Positions 1-10,596 of a DNA stretch of 64,000 nt are shown one piece after another. The stretch comes from Bdellovibrionales bacterium (GTDB lineage Bacteria > Bdellovibrionota > Bdellovibrionia > Bdellovibrionales > UBA1609): positions 539,488 through 603,487 of the forward strand of contig CBDHDF010000007.1 in the NCBI GenBank assembly GCA_965261545.1, read 5' to 3'. A program made the translations under genes and the position numbers. How positions within the stretch are numbered: position 1 is the stretch's first letter; every line of letters starts with the position of its first letter. Under the pieces are notes generated by a model. The model did not search any database, was not told where the DNA came from, and saw only the letters and a list, made by a program, of their open reading frames with translations.

Positions 1-163
1 TATCACCAGAATCTTTCTTTTCTTTAACAAGGTCTTCATGAACCATATGGGCAAACTCTGGATGGCGATCAATGATGTTATTAATTTGCTGCAATTCTGT
101 ACTGAGTTGGTGGTTAGGATATTGGGAAAAGAGTCCCAACTGTGTCTTCTTCAAATGGCGCAT
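1..163 (-). CDS. ISNCY/IS5-like transposase, N-terminus (runs off window)
   Basis: Hand translation MRHLKKTQLGLFSQYPNHQLSTELQQINNIIDRHPEF... with GGGGG RBS. Likely element end CTGGACAGGAAC at 2599-2610 resembles the reverse complement of the end GTTTCTGTCCAG at 42762. Confidence 0.55.
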   Translation of the reverse strand, partial: MRHLKKTQLGLFSQYPNHQLSTELQQINNIIDRHPEFAHMVHEDLVKEKKDSGD

Positions 164-593
164 AGTCCCCCCTTTGGTGAAAGTTTCTCTTTAATTTTTA
201 TATTAACATACGTTTTTTTGAGGGAAAAAAGTGAGCAAGGATGTCTTTTAAGAAGAAAAAAATCAGAGAGGTTCTCGGAGAACATGGATAAGAATTCTAC
301 CTCATAGAGAGGTTCCCACGCCTCCTAAAACCTACATAAAAAATAAATGAAGAATAAAATATCAAAAATTATTTCTCTGAAAAAACACGTCAAGTATTTT
401 TTGAAGTTGATGCGCAACGTAATGTTATTTCCCTGAAGGAGGTTTGAAATCACCACGGTGGAAACACAGGTTGATCCAACTCTTCCTCTCATATCAAGTA
501 ACCAGTTGATAGCCACATAAGTCACTGAAAGGGAGGGGCTGTGAAAGGTTCGTCAAGAGAGGGGGGGGGGGGAACTTATTTTATTTTTCCGTT

Positions 594-2482
594 GGGACTG
601 TAAAAATAATTGTGTAACTGCAATTTTTTTCTTAAATCTTAAAGCCACTTATGTGGCTCCACTCCTGGTAAAAAGCACAGTCCCATATTATTCGTCAATG
701 TATAATTGACATTTTTTCCTTCAAGCGATTTTGTCAGTCACAATGCATTATAAGTTAATGGGGAGGTGGACATCTTCGCTGGTCTATATAATTGGCCTCT
801 TTAGTTACTCTGGACTTTTGATTGTATTATGGAGCCGTAATGGGATCATATCAGAACTGGAAAGAACTCAAATAAATAATTATCATCTTGGTTGAAAAAA
901 AATCAGCAATGGCTCTCTCAAAAAAATGGAAATTCCAATCTCATCAAAGGGTTCATGTGTTTAGGTTCCCATACTATATTACCCCCTTTTTTTTATTTTT
1001 TTTAACTTAGGATATTCGAGAAATACCAGAATTGGGATGAAATATGAAAAAAAATGGGAACCCAAATCTGCACCAAGAGGGCATGTATTTAGGTTCCCAT
1101 ACTATATTACCCTAACCATAGTCTCGGTATTCCAGTACTTCTGTCAACGCCTTAGAGGGGCTTTTAAGCCCCCTTATAAGGCAGGTGGTGGACCTTATTA
1201 AAAAACTTAGTTGTCAAAACGGTCACCGTATTCAATGGCAAACCTGTTCATGGCTGGCTTCCAGTTGTGTAATGGTCGTGTCCATCGCTTAGAGGCCATT
1301 TTTATCGCTAAATATACAACTTTTAAAGCCGACCGATCACTGGGAAATATCTTACGATTTCTGATCGCCTTGCGGATCACGCTATTTAACGACTCTATGG
1401 CGTTTGTGGTATAAAAAATCTTTCTGATTTCATCCGGATAATCGAAAATAGTGATGAGATTGTCCCAATTCCTACGCCAAGACTTTTCAATATTCGGATA
1501 CTTTGAAGACCACTTGGTACAAAATTCCTCAAGGGCCTTTTCAGCTTCTGTCAGAGTCGTAGAGCCATAAATGGACTTGAGGTCTTGGGCGACAGCTTTC
1601 ATATCCTTGGAAGGGACATAGCGAAGGGAATTGCGGACCATATGGACAATGCACAGTTGTACTTTAGACTTGGGAAAAGCCGCTGAAATGGCTTGAGGAA
1701 AACCTGTAAGACCATCTACAGAAAATATAAATACGTCTTTCAACCCTCGATTTTGCAGCTCAGTCAAAACACTCAACCAAAACTTTGAACCCTCATTTTC
1801 AGAAATCCATAGGCCCAACAAGTCTTTCTGACCCTCCTCTGTAATACCAAGAGCTAGGTAAATCGCCTTATTAATAACTCTCTTGTCTTGATGGACCTTC
1901 ACCACGATACAGTCCAAAAATACGATAGGGTAAGTGCTATCCAAGGGGCGGTTCTGCCAAGCCGTAACTTCATCAATAACAGCATCCGTCACGTTGGCTA
2001 TCACTGAGTGGGATATCTCTGCACCATGGTAAAGGTCTTTGATAGCTCCTTGAATATCCCTGGTCGTCATTCCCCTCGCATAGAGGGTCAGAATACTGTC
2101 TTCAAAGCCCTCAAGACGAGTCTTGCCTTTGGGAATGACTTGGGGCTCAAAGGAGGCACTTCGGTCACGGGGGACCTGAAGCTCCACCTCGCCTTTCTCT
2201 CCCTTTATGGTCTTTCTACTGTAACCATTGCGAGTGTTGGATTTGCGGGTCTCAGACTTCTCATGCCTCTCATAACCTAGGTGATCGTCCATTTCCGCAT
2301 TAAGAGCTGTCTCTAAAACAACCTTCATCAGTTGACCCGTTATGTCGGATAAATCCTTTTGGGTCTTGACGCTCTTCGCTAGTTCCTTGCCTATTGTCTT
2401 GATATCCATTCTGCCTTCTCCTTTCAGGATGATAGTTCATCCTAATATGATTCGGCAGTTACACAAAATAGTTTACAGGCTC
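594..2482 (-). mobile_element. IS256-family element, copy 1 (1889 bp)
   Basis: Imperfect TIRs GGGACTGTAAAAATAATTGTGTAACTG / CAGTTACACAAAATAGTTTACAGGCTC; 8-bp TSD TTTCCGTT at 586-593 and 2483-2490. Confidence 0.95.
1207..2409 (-). CDS. IS256-family transposase
   Basis: RNGY, VPRDR, VFLDCIVVKV, VDGL, QLCIVH, YTTNAIES motifs. Confidence 0.97.
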   Translation of the reverse strand: MDIKTIGKELAKSVKTQKDLSDITGQLMKVVLETALNAEMDDHLGYERHEKSETRKSNTRNGYSRKTIKGEKGEVELQVPRDRSASFEPQVIPKGKTRLEGFEDSILTLYARGMTTRDIQGAIKDLYHGAEISHSVIANVTDAVIDEVTAWQNRPLDSTYPIVFLDCIVVKVHQDKRVINKAIYLALGITEEGQKDLLGLWISENEGSKFWLSVLTELQNRGLKDVFIFSVDGLTGFPQAISAAFPKSKVQLCIVHMVRNSLRYVPSKDMKAVAQDLKSIYGSTTLTEAEKALEEFCTKWSSKYPNIEKSWRRNWDNLITIFDYPDEIRKIFYTTNAIESLNSVIRKAIRNRKIFPSDRSALKVVYLAIKMASKRWTRPLHNWKPAMNRFAIEYGDRFDN

Positions 2483-2610
2483 TTTCCGTTTTATGTAAGT
2501 AACTGAATTTACACGGATTATGTTTGATGGACTCCATTTTAAAGCATAAAATCTAAAGGGAAGGCATGTAAATACTTAAAACTACTTAACTTTCTTCCCT
2601 GGACAGGAAC

Positions 2611-3339
2611 TAGGTAGTTTTGAGAGTAATAGCATAACTCTCTACGATAGGCTTTATTTATCTACAGAGATTATTAAGGCCCATGCTCAAGCCAGTAACT
2701 TCTTTATTGCGCGTTGTAAGCGAGGCTCTACTTTTATCCCCATCGTAAATTTATTTAATGGCCCAGGTTGGTATTCACAAATGGTTATTGAGGGGGTGGT
2801 CATTCATCTCTATAAGTATAAAAACCCAAAGACTGGGGAGTTCTCTGTTTTGGCCACTAATCTTCCGCATGGCTCCTTGGACAAGAAGGATATGGTTGCT
2901 CTTTACTCTCGTCGTTGGGAAATAGAAACGACATTTCGTGATTTTACATCGACAATGAAAATGGAGCAGTGGCACTCAACAAGCCTTAATGGAATATTGC
3001 AAGAGCTGTATTCTTATTTTTGGCTCTTCAATTATACAAAGATTCAAATGAGCATAAATGAGGATGAAGACAGTGTGAATCAGTTGGTAAAAAATGACTA
3101 CAAAAAACCTAACTTTAAACTGATTCTTGATTTCATAATGGATAGCATCCCCCTTTTTGTTGCGGGGCTCTATCAGAAATTTAGGAAGCAGATAAAGTTG
3201 CTGATGAAGATTTCAATGGAGAAGAGGAGGCACTTCAAAAGAAGCTATGAAAGGTCTATCAAAAGGGCTGGGAGTTCTTTTAAAAGAAATAGCTTAACGC
3301 AGAGGCAGAGGGGTGTGGTGGCTTAAGGAAACGGCATTG
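2611..3339 (+). pseudogene. 3' half of IS4-family element (same element as 37383-38799)
   Basis: Near-identical to the 37.4-kb copy; Y-x2-R-x3-E motif (LYSRRWEIE); TIR CTTAAGGAAACGGCATTG at 3322-3339; 5' part cut at a TA next to the ISNCY end. Confidence 0.9.
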
Positions 3340-3700
3340 ATCTCTGTACGAATCCAGACCTCTCGATCACCGACCTGTACAGGTACTGCCTCAACCTTAA
3401 GTAAATCTTGCATGGCTTCAGCGACAGTGAGAGGGCGAGTCTTAATATCCCCACTTTCTACTGCTGAACTTTTTAGAGTAGCGTACCCTTGTGGGGTTTT
3501 AACCTTTCTAATGTACATATCTACATTAACTACAAAATAAAGAGAAAAATCAATAAAAATGTCTCATGTCATATATATAGAATATTGAATCACTTTAAAA
3601 CTCCACTACATTATTTTCTGTAAAAGAGCTAATTTCGGGCTGAAATGTCGATAGGTTTGAGTAGAGCACTTTTGACACATATGCTGCTGTCAAACTCGGG
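3340..3700 (-). mobile_element. Internally deleted relative of IS1634-type A
   Basis: End CCCGAGTTTGACAGCAGCAT at 3700; ORF 3518-3294 joins an N-terminus (MYIRKVKT) to a C-terminus-like segment (RPLTVAEAMQDL...VWIRTEI); truncated by the IS4. Confidence 0.8.
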
Positions 3701-3990
3701 GAGCCTATGGGAATCTTTTTTCTTTTGGTCTTAATTTGACCTGTAAGCTCATCCTTTCTTCCAAGGTAGATGCGTTTTTGCCTGGCCTGCTTTTTTTCCT
3801 TGTCCCAAAAGCTTTCAACTTTATAGACATAGGTTTTTCCCTTATTTTTTTGCTCAAAAGTGTATGACATCGTTAATATTGTAACTATGCTTTTGAAGAG
3901 ATGACAATCTCTTAATCAAAGTGAAGGCCTTCTCAGACAATAATCAGGACTTAAATCCTACACCTAGTTACAACTTTTAGGGATTTCAGG
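3701..3990 (-). pseudogene. 5' fragment of IS1634-type B
   Basis: Near-identical to 35655-35944, including TIR CCTGAAATCCCTAAAAGTTGTAACTAGGT and MSYTFEQKNKGK start. Confidence 0.9.
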
Positions 3991-4062
3991 GAGATAATAC
4001 GAAGCTTCTTTTTTTGGCATTTATACATTTATGGAAGTTTAAAAAAGGAAAATCCGGGAAGT

Positions 4063-5400
4063 TTAAAAGGGGAAACCTCCTCGCCCCATGCCACCTTTTA
4101 TTCCACCTTTCATCATCTTGGACATAAGACGCTTGGTTTGTTCAAAGTTCTTGATAAATTGATTCACATCTCTCACTTCTGTTCCACTCCCCTTGGCGAT
4201 GCGAAGTCTTCTTGATCCATTGAGAATTTGGTGATGACGACGCTCCTTAGGTGTCATCGAAGAAATAATGGCTTCGATTTTAGTCACCTCCTTGTCGGGT
4301 GGAGTCATATTTTTTACTTGCTTCATAAGCTGGCCAGCTCCTGGGAGCATCTTCAAAATACTTTCCATTCCCCCCATTTTTTTTATCATCTTAATTTGCT
4401 TAAGAAAGTCCTCCACTGTGAACTGATTTTTGGCCATTTTCTTGGCAGCGGCCGTGGCCTCTTTTTCACTCACCAGGCCATCCACTCTCTCCACAAGACT
4501 GAGAACATCCCCCATATCAAGAATTCTCGATGCAAGACGGTCGGGGTGAAAAACTTCAAGAGCTTCCACTTTCTCTCCCACACCTAAAAATTTAATGGGC
4601 ACTCCTGTGGATTGGCGAATACTGAGTGCGGCACCACCGCGCGCATCCCCATCCACCTTGGTGAGAATAAGCCCTGTCAACCCCAAGAGTTTATGAAAGC
4701 CCTCTGCCACATTGACAGACTGCTGACCCAACATCGCATCTGCCACAAGAAGGATTTCCGATGGAGACCAGACCTTTCGAAGACGGCCCAATTCGGACAT
4801 GAGGGCATCGTCTATTTGCAAGCGCCCCGCTGTATCCACAATAACCACATCAATCATGTTGTCCCTAGCCCAGACCTTAGCCTCCTCTAACAAATCTTCT
4901 GGCTTTTTCTGAGGATCGGAGTCAAAAACAGGAAGCTGGTTTTCCAAACCCAGTTGTTTCAGCTGCTCAATGGCCGCAGGCCGATAGACATCCACGGGAA
5001 CAAGCCCTGGTTTTTTTTTAAATTTCTTTCGTATGTGAAGGGCCAGTTTGGCTGAAGACGTGGTTTTTCCCGTGCCTTGAAGCCCCACGAGAAAGATCAC
5101 ACCTGGGTCTCCTCGAAAGTTGAGTTCCACAGCTTCACCGCCAAGGATGTGAACCAGTTCATCATGGACAATTTTTACAAATTGCTGCCCGGCATTAAGC
5201 CCCGAGAGAACTTCGTGCCCCATGGCCTTTTCTTTCACTTGGCGGGTAAATTCCTTAACAACTTTGAAGTTCACATCAGCTTCGAGCAAGTTAAAGCGGA
5301 TATCTTTAATGACTTGTGCGATATTGGCCTCTGTGATTTTTCCCTGCCCACGGATTTTTTTCAAACTCGATAGTAGCTTATCTGAGAGTTGGTCAAACAT
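4063..5400 (-). CDS. ffh: Signal recognition particle protein
   Basis: LLEADV, GLQGTGKTT, DTAGR, TKVDGDARGGAALS, Met-rich C-terminus. Confidence 0.98.
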   Translation of the reverse strand: MFDQLSDKLLSSLKKIRGQGKITEANIAQVIKDIRFNLLEADVNFKVVKEFTRQVKEKAMGHEVLSGLNAGQQFVKIVHDELVHILGGEAVELNFRGDPGVIFLVGLQGTGKTTSSAKLALHIRKKFKKKPGLVPVDVYRPAAIEQLKQLGLENQLPVFDSDPQKKPEDLLEEAKVWARDNMIDVVIVDTAGRLQIDDALMSELGRLRKVWSPSEILLVADAMLGQQSVNVAEGFHKLLGLTGLILTKVDGDARGGAALSIRQSTGVPIKFLGVGEKVEALEVFHPDRLASRILDMGDVLSLVERVDGLVSEKEATAAAKKMAKNQFTVEDFLKQIKMIKKMGGMESILKMLPGAGQLMKQVKNMTPPDKEVTKIEAIISSMTPKERRHHQILNGSRRLRIAKGSGTEVRDVNQFIKNFEQTKRLMSKMMKGGIKGGMGRGGFPF

Positions 5401-5550
5401 AATAGAAGCTCCATTTGTGATATTTATTCATGTGTAGTTATTTATTCATTATTCATGTGTGGTATACGCATAGCAACTTGGTCCCTTCCCACGAGATAAC
5501 AAAGCCGCTACACAGTTTCATGTACTTTTTTATTCTATCTTGCAACAGCC

Positions 5551-5979
5551 TCAGTGACAACGGTGACAATACTTAATATTTTGAATATGAGCCACCACTA
5601 AAATGAGACTTCCTGAAATAGTCATCAATGTACTGGTTTTATCCATAGCCACTTCATGGAGCCAAAGAGAGGCTGTAAGAATAAAAAAGCCAAGGACGGC
5701 GAGAATGAGAGGAAACACTCGTTTGTGATGTCGGTAACCACTCCTAAAAGCCATCGTTGCCAGAAATATCAGGGGAGCAAACCCAATCATATGCATTTCA
5801 TTTTCAAATTTAAATAACGGAATGGCGAGGGCTAAAAAGGGTGTGCAAAGGCAGTGAATAAGACAAAAGGTAGACAACCCAATGGCCCCAAAGTCCCAGC
5901 GATGATGATGGGACTGGCCCCCATGTTGCCCATGAGAGTGATGTTGCTGGTGCTGATAATTTTTGTAAGATTTGCTCAT
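5551..5979 (-). CDS. MerC-domain membrane protein with His-rich N-terminus
   Basis: S-x-x-CLIHC motif, four hydrophobic segments, AH-x-x-N near C-terminus. Confidence 0.75.
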   Translation of the reverse strand: MSKSYKNYQHQQHHSHGQHGGQSHHHRWDFGAIGLSTFCLIHCLCTPFLALAIPLFKFENEMHMIGFAPLIFLATMAFRSGYRHHKRVFPLILAVLGFFILTASLWLHEVAMDKTSTLMTISGSLILVVAHIQNIKYCHRCH

Positions 5980-6108
5980 GGAAAAGTTGAAAAGCCCTCT
6001 ACAGCAAGATGGTGAAAAACGGTGAAAAAAGGGGACCCCTCCCTATAGTCCATAGCTATCGCCTGCGCAAGCGAAATTGACGCACCAAATAAATTCCTCT
6101 ACCTTTAT

Positions 6109-7590
6109 TTGCCCCTAGCTTCTCCTAGAACCTATGATGTTCATATGTCCTCATTAAAAATTCATGGTTACATAGAGCCTCACAGAGTCATTTCTTTTGC
6201 GAACTATCAGCAAGTTTTGGATGGGCCCCAGCCCCCCATGGTGGTGGCCATTTGTGAACCTGAGTTCAAGAACTCAAGAACAACAAATCTTAAAAGAGAA
6301 GGCAAATGTAAAACCACAGATTCTTGCTCTCCCCAGGTGGAGTGGGCGGAGTTGATAGAATTTCTTAAACAGCTCTTCCAAAAACAATCCCCCGTTCTCC
6401 CCTCCACAGAAGTCATACTTGCAAGTCATCTTTTCGATGCTTCTTCCATACAGTTTTTCATAAATCACTTTCATATTTTTAGAATTCTTCCCTTTCGCCT
6501 TTCAAATAAAGAACTTCAAGAAATTTTAGATCAAGCCCTTCAGCATTACAAAAACAAAGAATCTAAGATCAATAATCATACATATGGTATGCATGGCACA
6601 CACAAAATGAAAAGCAACCTCTTAAAAGAAAATTTTACATCAAGAAAGAAGGATATAAATCCTGTCAAAAAAAATGAATTTTATGAAAAGTACTGGGAAG
6701 AAACTTCGAAGATGGCAGAAATAGGTCTCATAGGAAGCAGCATTGCCCATGAACTCAACAGCCCCTTAGGGGGAATGATATCCTTTATCCAATTGATGAA
6801 AATGAATAATTCTCATCACCACATTCACAATAATGATTTGTTAGCCGATTTATTAAAAATGGAAAATGATGGAAATACATGTAAAAAGACAATAGAAAAT
6901 CTACTTTATTTTTCTAAACCACCTCAATATTTCAATTTTTCCAAGACTGAGACTTTGTCCTCAGAGATATTGTCCACAGAGATATTAAAGTGGGAGAAGA
7001 GCACACCTGACAAGAGTTTTTGCTCAAAAAACTCAGAAGATTGGACCTTTGACCTCCAAGACTTTGATCTCAAAGAGGTTGTGCAGCAAAGTCTCCAAAT
7101 TATGGAACTAGAAAAGAAAAATCATAACTTTAAATGGTTCTTACATATTCCTGACCAAGAAATGAAGATCAAAGGGCAGCCCCACCTTTTGACTCAAGCA
7201 ATTTATAATCTCTTAAGAAATGCAAAAGACTCCATTGAAATGAAAGCAAAGATAGAACCTATAAGAATAAATTCTATATATGAGGGAAGAATTAGGGTTG
7301 TTGTAGAGACACAAGAAGATAAATTTATTATTAATATTATAGATAATGGAATTAAGCACAAATACAGTGACTACCAAAACTTTGTTCAGTCTTTTTTAAA
7401 ACTTCCAATTTATCCCACGAACCACCATGAAGCACCTTTACAAAGGTATGACTTTTTAAAGAGTCTAAGCCTCATGGTTGCCCACCAAATCATTCTTGAA
7501 CACGACGGTCAACTAAGCCTTTCCCCCTATTCTAATGTCGAGACAAATGTCAAAATTTCTTTAAAGCGTCTAGGTCAAACAAGCCCGTAG
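6109..7590 (+). CDS. Sensor histidine kinase-like protein (degenerate ATP-binding region)
   Basis: H-box AHELNSPL, N-box NLLRNAKD, DNG; no G2 GxGLGL motif. Confidence 0.75.
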   Translation: MPLASPRTYDVHMSSLKIHGYIEPHRVISFANYQQVLDGPQPPMVVAICEPEFKNSRTTNLKREGKCKTTDSCSPQVEWAELIEFLKQLFQKQSPVLPSTEVILASHLFDASSIQFFINHFHIFRILPFRLSNKELQEILDQALQHYKNKESKINNHTYGMHGTHKMKSNLLKENFTSRKKDINPVKKNEFYEKYWEETSKMAEIGLIGSSIAHELNSPLGGMISFIQLMKMNNSHHHIHNNDLLADLLKMENDGNTCKKTIENLLYFSKPPQYFNFSKTETLSSEILSTEILKWEKSTPDKSFCSKNSEDWTFDLQDFDLKEVVQQSLQIMELEKKNHNFKWFLHIPDQEMKIKGQPHLLTQAIYNLLRNAKDSIEMKAKIEPIRINSIYEGRIRVVVETQEDKFIINIIDNGIKHKYSDYQNFVQSFLKLPIYPTNHHEAPLQRYDFLKSLSLMVAHQIILEHDGQLSLSPYSNVETNVKISLKRLGQTSP

Positions 7591-7820
7591 ACAAGTTTTA
7601 CACTAGAAAATTTGACACTATGATATTCAACTTCCTACAATAGGTCGATAAAGCCACTAAAAATTATTCATTAATCTTGGCCTTTAAACATAACAAAGAC
7701 ATGTATAAAATCTAGGTAAAAGAATATCGCCAAAAGGCCTAAAAAGAAGCATGAAAAAAGAATCTGCACCTACCCTTTGCAGGTGCCAAGGGACTTTTTT
7801 CACTTCTGGGGAAGGAACGA

Positions 7821-9302
7821 GTGAACCACCACCAAAAAATCCTCATTGTGGAAAGTCAGTCTCACTTAAGAACCAAGCTCTTTCGTTTATTAAACCGTAA
7901 GGGTTTTCAGGTGATTACAGCTCACTCTCAGAGCCAGGCTCAATCTTTGGCCGGAAGAGACCTTCGTTGGGATATTGCTATTATCAATGGGGACCTTTTA
8001 GGTCACTGGGAATCTCCAGACCACCAAAGTTCTATCAATGAGACCAATAAATTTTTATGCCATTTAGAATCTATAAATCCTGAACTTGGCGTCATTGTTC
8101 TTTTTGATTCTCAAAAGAATTTTGAAAAAGTTTCAACAAAAGGTTATCATATTATTCACTCACCTTTTTTTATGGAAAAGATTGTACAGACTGTGGAAAA
8201 TATGATCTCAAAAATATTACCACAACCCTCGTCTTCATCTTCTCAAGCTTCTTCACCTTCTCAAAAGAAAAATTCTCAACTCCAATTACAGGAAAAATAT
8301 AAATTCGAAGATATCATCGGGCAAAGTCTTCAAATAAAAAAACTTTTAGAACTTGTTGAGAAAATTTCTGATTCAGACTCAACAGTCTTAGTTACTGGAG
8401 AAAGTGGTACGGGGAAAGAATTGGTTGCAAAAGCCATTCACTTTAATTCCCCAAGATCCAAATCCGCTTTTGTACCCATCAATTGTGGAGCCATTCCTAG
8501 TGAGCTTTTAGAAAGTGAGCTCTTTGGGCACGTCAAAGGAGCATTTACCAACGCCATTTCCAATCGCATGGGCCGCTTTGAGCTTGCCGAGGGAGGTACC
8601 ATATTTTTTGATGAGATTGGCGATATGAGCCCCCACTTACAGGTCAAGCTTCTAAGGGTGTTGCAAGAAAGAACTTTTGAGCCCATTGGAAGCACAAAGA
8701 CCCTAGAGGCGAATGTAAGAGTCATTGCTGCCACCAATATTCATTTAGAAAAGGCTGTTCAAGAAAGAAAATTTAGAGAGGATCTCTACTATCGTCTGAA
8801 TGTGATTCCTGTCAATATTCCATCTCTCAAAGAAAGACAAGAAGACATACCTATCTTATTTCATCATTTTATGCAAAAGTTCAACAAAAATCGCAGTAAG
8901 AAAATAACAGGCATCACACCTGAAGCTCTTCAAGTTCTTTGTCAACACAAATGGCCAGGCAACATTAGAGAGCTAGAAAACCTTATTGAACGATTGAGCA
9001 TTCTCAAAGGAGGTGGTTTGATTGAACTCAGTGACTTACCTTCAAACTACAGATATGCCATGTCTTCCATCAAATCTCCCTTGGCAAACTCTCATATAGA
9101 AATGTCTGAAGTAGGAGTGTCCGAAGTAGACATGGATTTTAATTCCGCCGTAGATGCCTATGAAAATGCACTTATCATGCGAGCCTTGGAAAAAACAGGG
9201 TGGAATAGAAACCAAGCTGCGATACTCTTAAAGCTAAATCGTACAACACTTGTTGAAAAAATTAAGAAAAAAGGCTTAAAGCCTTCTGATAAATTATCGT
9301 AA
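7821..9302 (+). CDS. Sigma-54-dependent activator (NtrC/FleQ-like) with atypical receiver
   Basis: GESGTGKE, ESELFGH, GAFTNA, FFDEIG, FREDLYYRL, WPGNIREL, Fis-type HTH. Confidence 0.93.
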   Translation: MNHHQKILIVESQSHLRTKLFRLLNRKGFQVITAHSQSQAQSLAGRDLRWDIAIINGDLLGHWESPDHQSSINETNKFLCHLESINPELGVIVLFDSQKNFEKVSTKGYHIIHSPFFMEKIVQTVENMISKILPQPSSSSSQASSPSQKKNSQLQLQEKYKFEDIIGQSLQIKKLLELVEKISDSDSTVLVTGESGTGKELVAKAIHFNSPRSKSAFVPINCGAIPSELLESELFGHVKGAFTNAISNRMGRFELAEGGTIFFDEIGDMSPHLQVKLLRVLQERTFEPIGSTKTLEANVRVIAATNIHLEKAVQERKFREDLYYRLNVIPVNIPSLKERQEDIPILFHHFMQKFNKNRSKKITGITPEALQVLCQHKWPGNIRELENLIERLSILKGGGLIELSDLPSNYRYAMSSIKSPLANSHIEMSEVGVSEVDMDFNSAVDAYENALIMRALEKTGWNRNQAAILLKLNRTTLVEKIKKKGLKPSDKLS

Positions 9303-9330
9303 GAATATGATCAGGAGGAAATAATTATAT

Positions 9331-10530
9331 ATGAAGAAGGCAAAACGAGTTATCATTGCAGCAGGTGGCTCCGGTGGACATATCTATCCAGCCCTTGCTC
9401 TTGCCCATGCCTTTCTAAAGCTTTACCCTGAGACTCAGGTTCATTTTTGGGGTTCCCATGGGGGAATGGAAAACCGCATTGTTCCACAAAATGGATTTTC
9501 ATTAAAGACCATTCCCATAGGTCGCCTTCAAAGTAATGTCTCTTATTTAGAAAGATTAACAACCGTATTTCTTTTGCCTTTAGCTCTTTTAAGAGCCTTA
9601 TTGTTCTTACTAAACTACCGGCCCCATTTGGTTCTAGGCGTGGGGGGGCATGCCTCGGGTCCTTTGCTTTTAGTTTCTTCTCTATTAAGAACTTTTCAAA
9701 TTTTTCATATTTCCAATGCTATATGGGAGCCCAATGCCATGCCAGGTCTCACCAACCGCTGGCTATCTCGTTTTGTTCAAAAAAATCTTATCGTTTTTAA
9801 AGAAGCAGAAAAATATTTAAAGACTTCTTCGGTCTCAATCTCTACTATTCACTTCGTAGGTATGCCCGTTCGCGAAGAAATTAAAACATCTCAAGCCAAA
9901 ATCAAAATGCATAAGAAATTTCGAATTTTTATCTTCGGTGGAAGCCAGGGGTCCGTAGCTATCAATGAGGTTATCGGTCGCACTTTTCAAAACCAAGGGG
10001 CTACGGAAGAAAATCAATGCCAAGAGAAAAATGAATGGAAAAAAAACCTTCAAGTTGTTCACCAAACAGGAATAAAAAATTTTGATAAATTCAATAATAT
10101 ATATCCATCAAACATGAATATCGAAGTTGTTCCCTATATTGATAACATGGGAGAACGCTATGCCTGGGCTGACTTAGTGATTTGCCGAAGCGGCACAGGG
10201 ACCCTTTTTGAACTCGCCGCTAGCGGCTGTCCTTCTATTTTGATTCCTCTACCAACGGCGGCGAATGATCACCAAAAGAAAAATGCTGAAGTTTTTCATA
10301 AGTCTGGAGCGGCCATTATGATTTTGCAAAATGACTTCAATGAGTTAACTCTCAAAAAAGCCATTATTGAACTTCAGACCAACTTCGAGAAGAGGAATCT
10401 CATGTCTAGAAAGGCTCACCAATTCCACAAGCCCCATGCCGCAGAAAATATTGTTAAGATTCTAAATGAAAATATAGATGATGAAACCAAAGGTGATGAG
10501 AAGAATAATAAAAATAAGGTGTTACATTAA
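9331..10530 (+). CDS. murG: Lipid II GlcNAc transferase
   Basis: GGSGGHIYPA, EPNAMPG, GGSQG, HQTG, DHQKKNA. Confidence 0.96.
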   Translation: MKKAKRVIIAAGGSGGHIYPALALAHAFLKLYPETQVHFWGSHGGMENRIVPQNGFSLKTIPIGRLQSNVSYLERLTTVFLLPLALLRALLFLLNYRPHLVLGVGGHASGPLLLVSSLLRTFQIFHISNAIWEPNAMPGLTNRWLSRFVQKNLIVFKEAEKYLKTSSVSISTIHFVGMPVREEIKTSQAKIKMHKKFRIFIFGGSQGSVAINEVIGRTFQNQGATEENQCQEKNEWKKNLQVVHQTGIKNFDKFNNIYPSNMNIEVVPYIDNMGERYAWADLVICRSGTGTLFELAASGCPSILIPLPTAANDHQKKNAEVFHKSGAAIMILQNDFNELTLKKAIIELQTNFEKRNLMSRKAHQFHKPHAAENIVKILNENIDDETKGDEKNNKNKVLH

Positions 10531-10596
10531 TTCAGGAGATTATTTTAAAAAGAATAACATTTGGCGTTACCCTATTGCTTTAAGATGAGTTTATGA

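Noticed and set aside
561..572. G12 tract as a phase-variation switch
   Set aside because: It lies in IS non-coding DNA with no identifiable controlled gene.
954..1112. Two 31-bp repeats as a mini-CRISPR
   Set aside because: Only two units, a ~97-bp gap, no cas genes, and both lie inside IS256.
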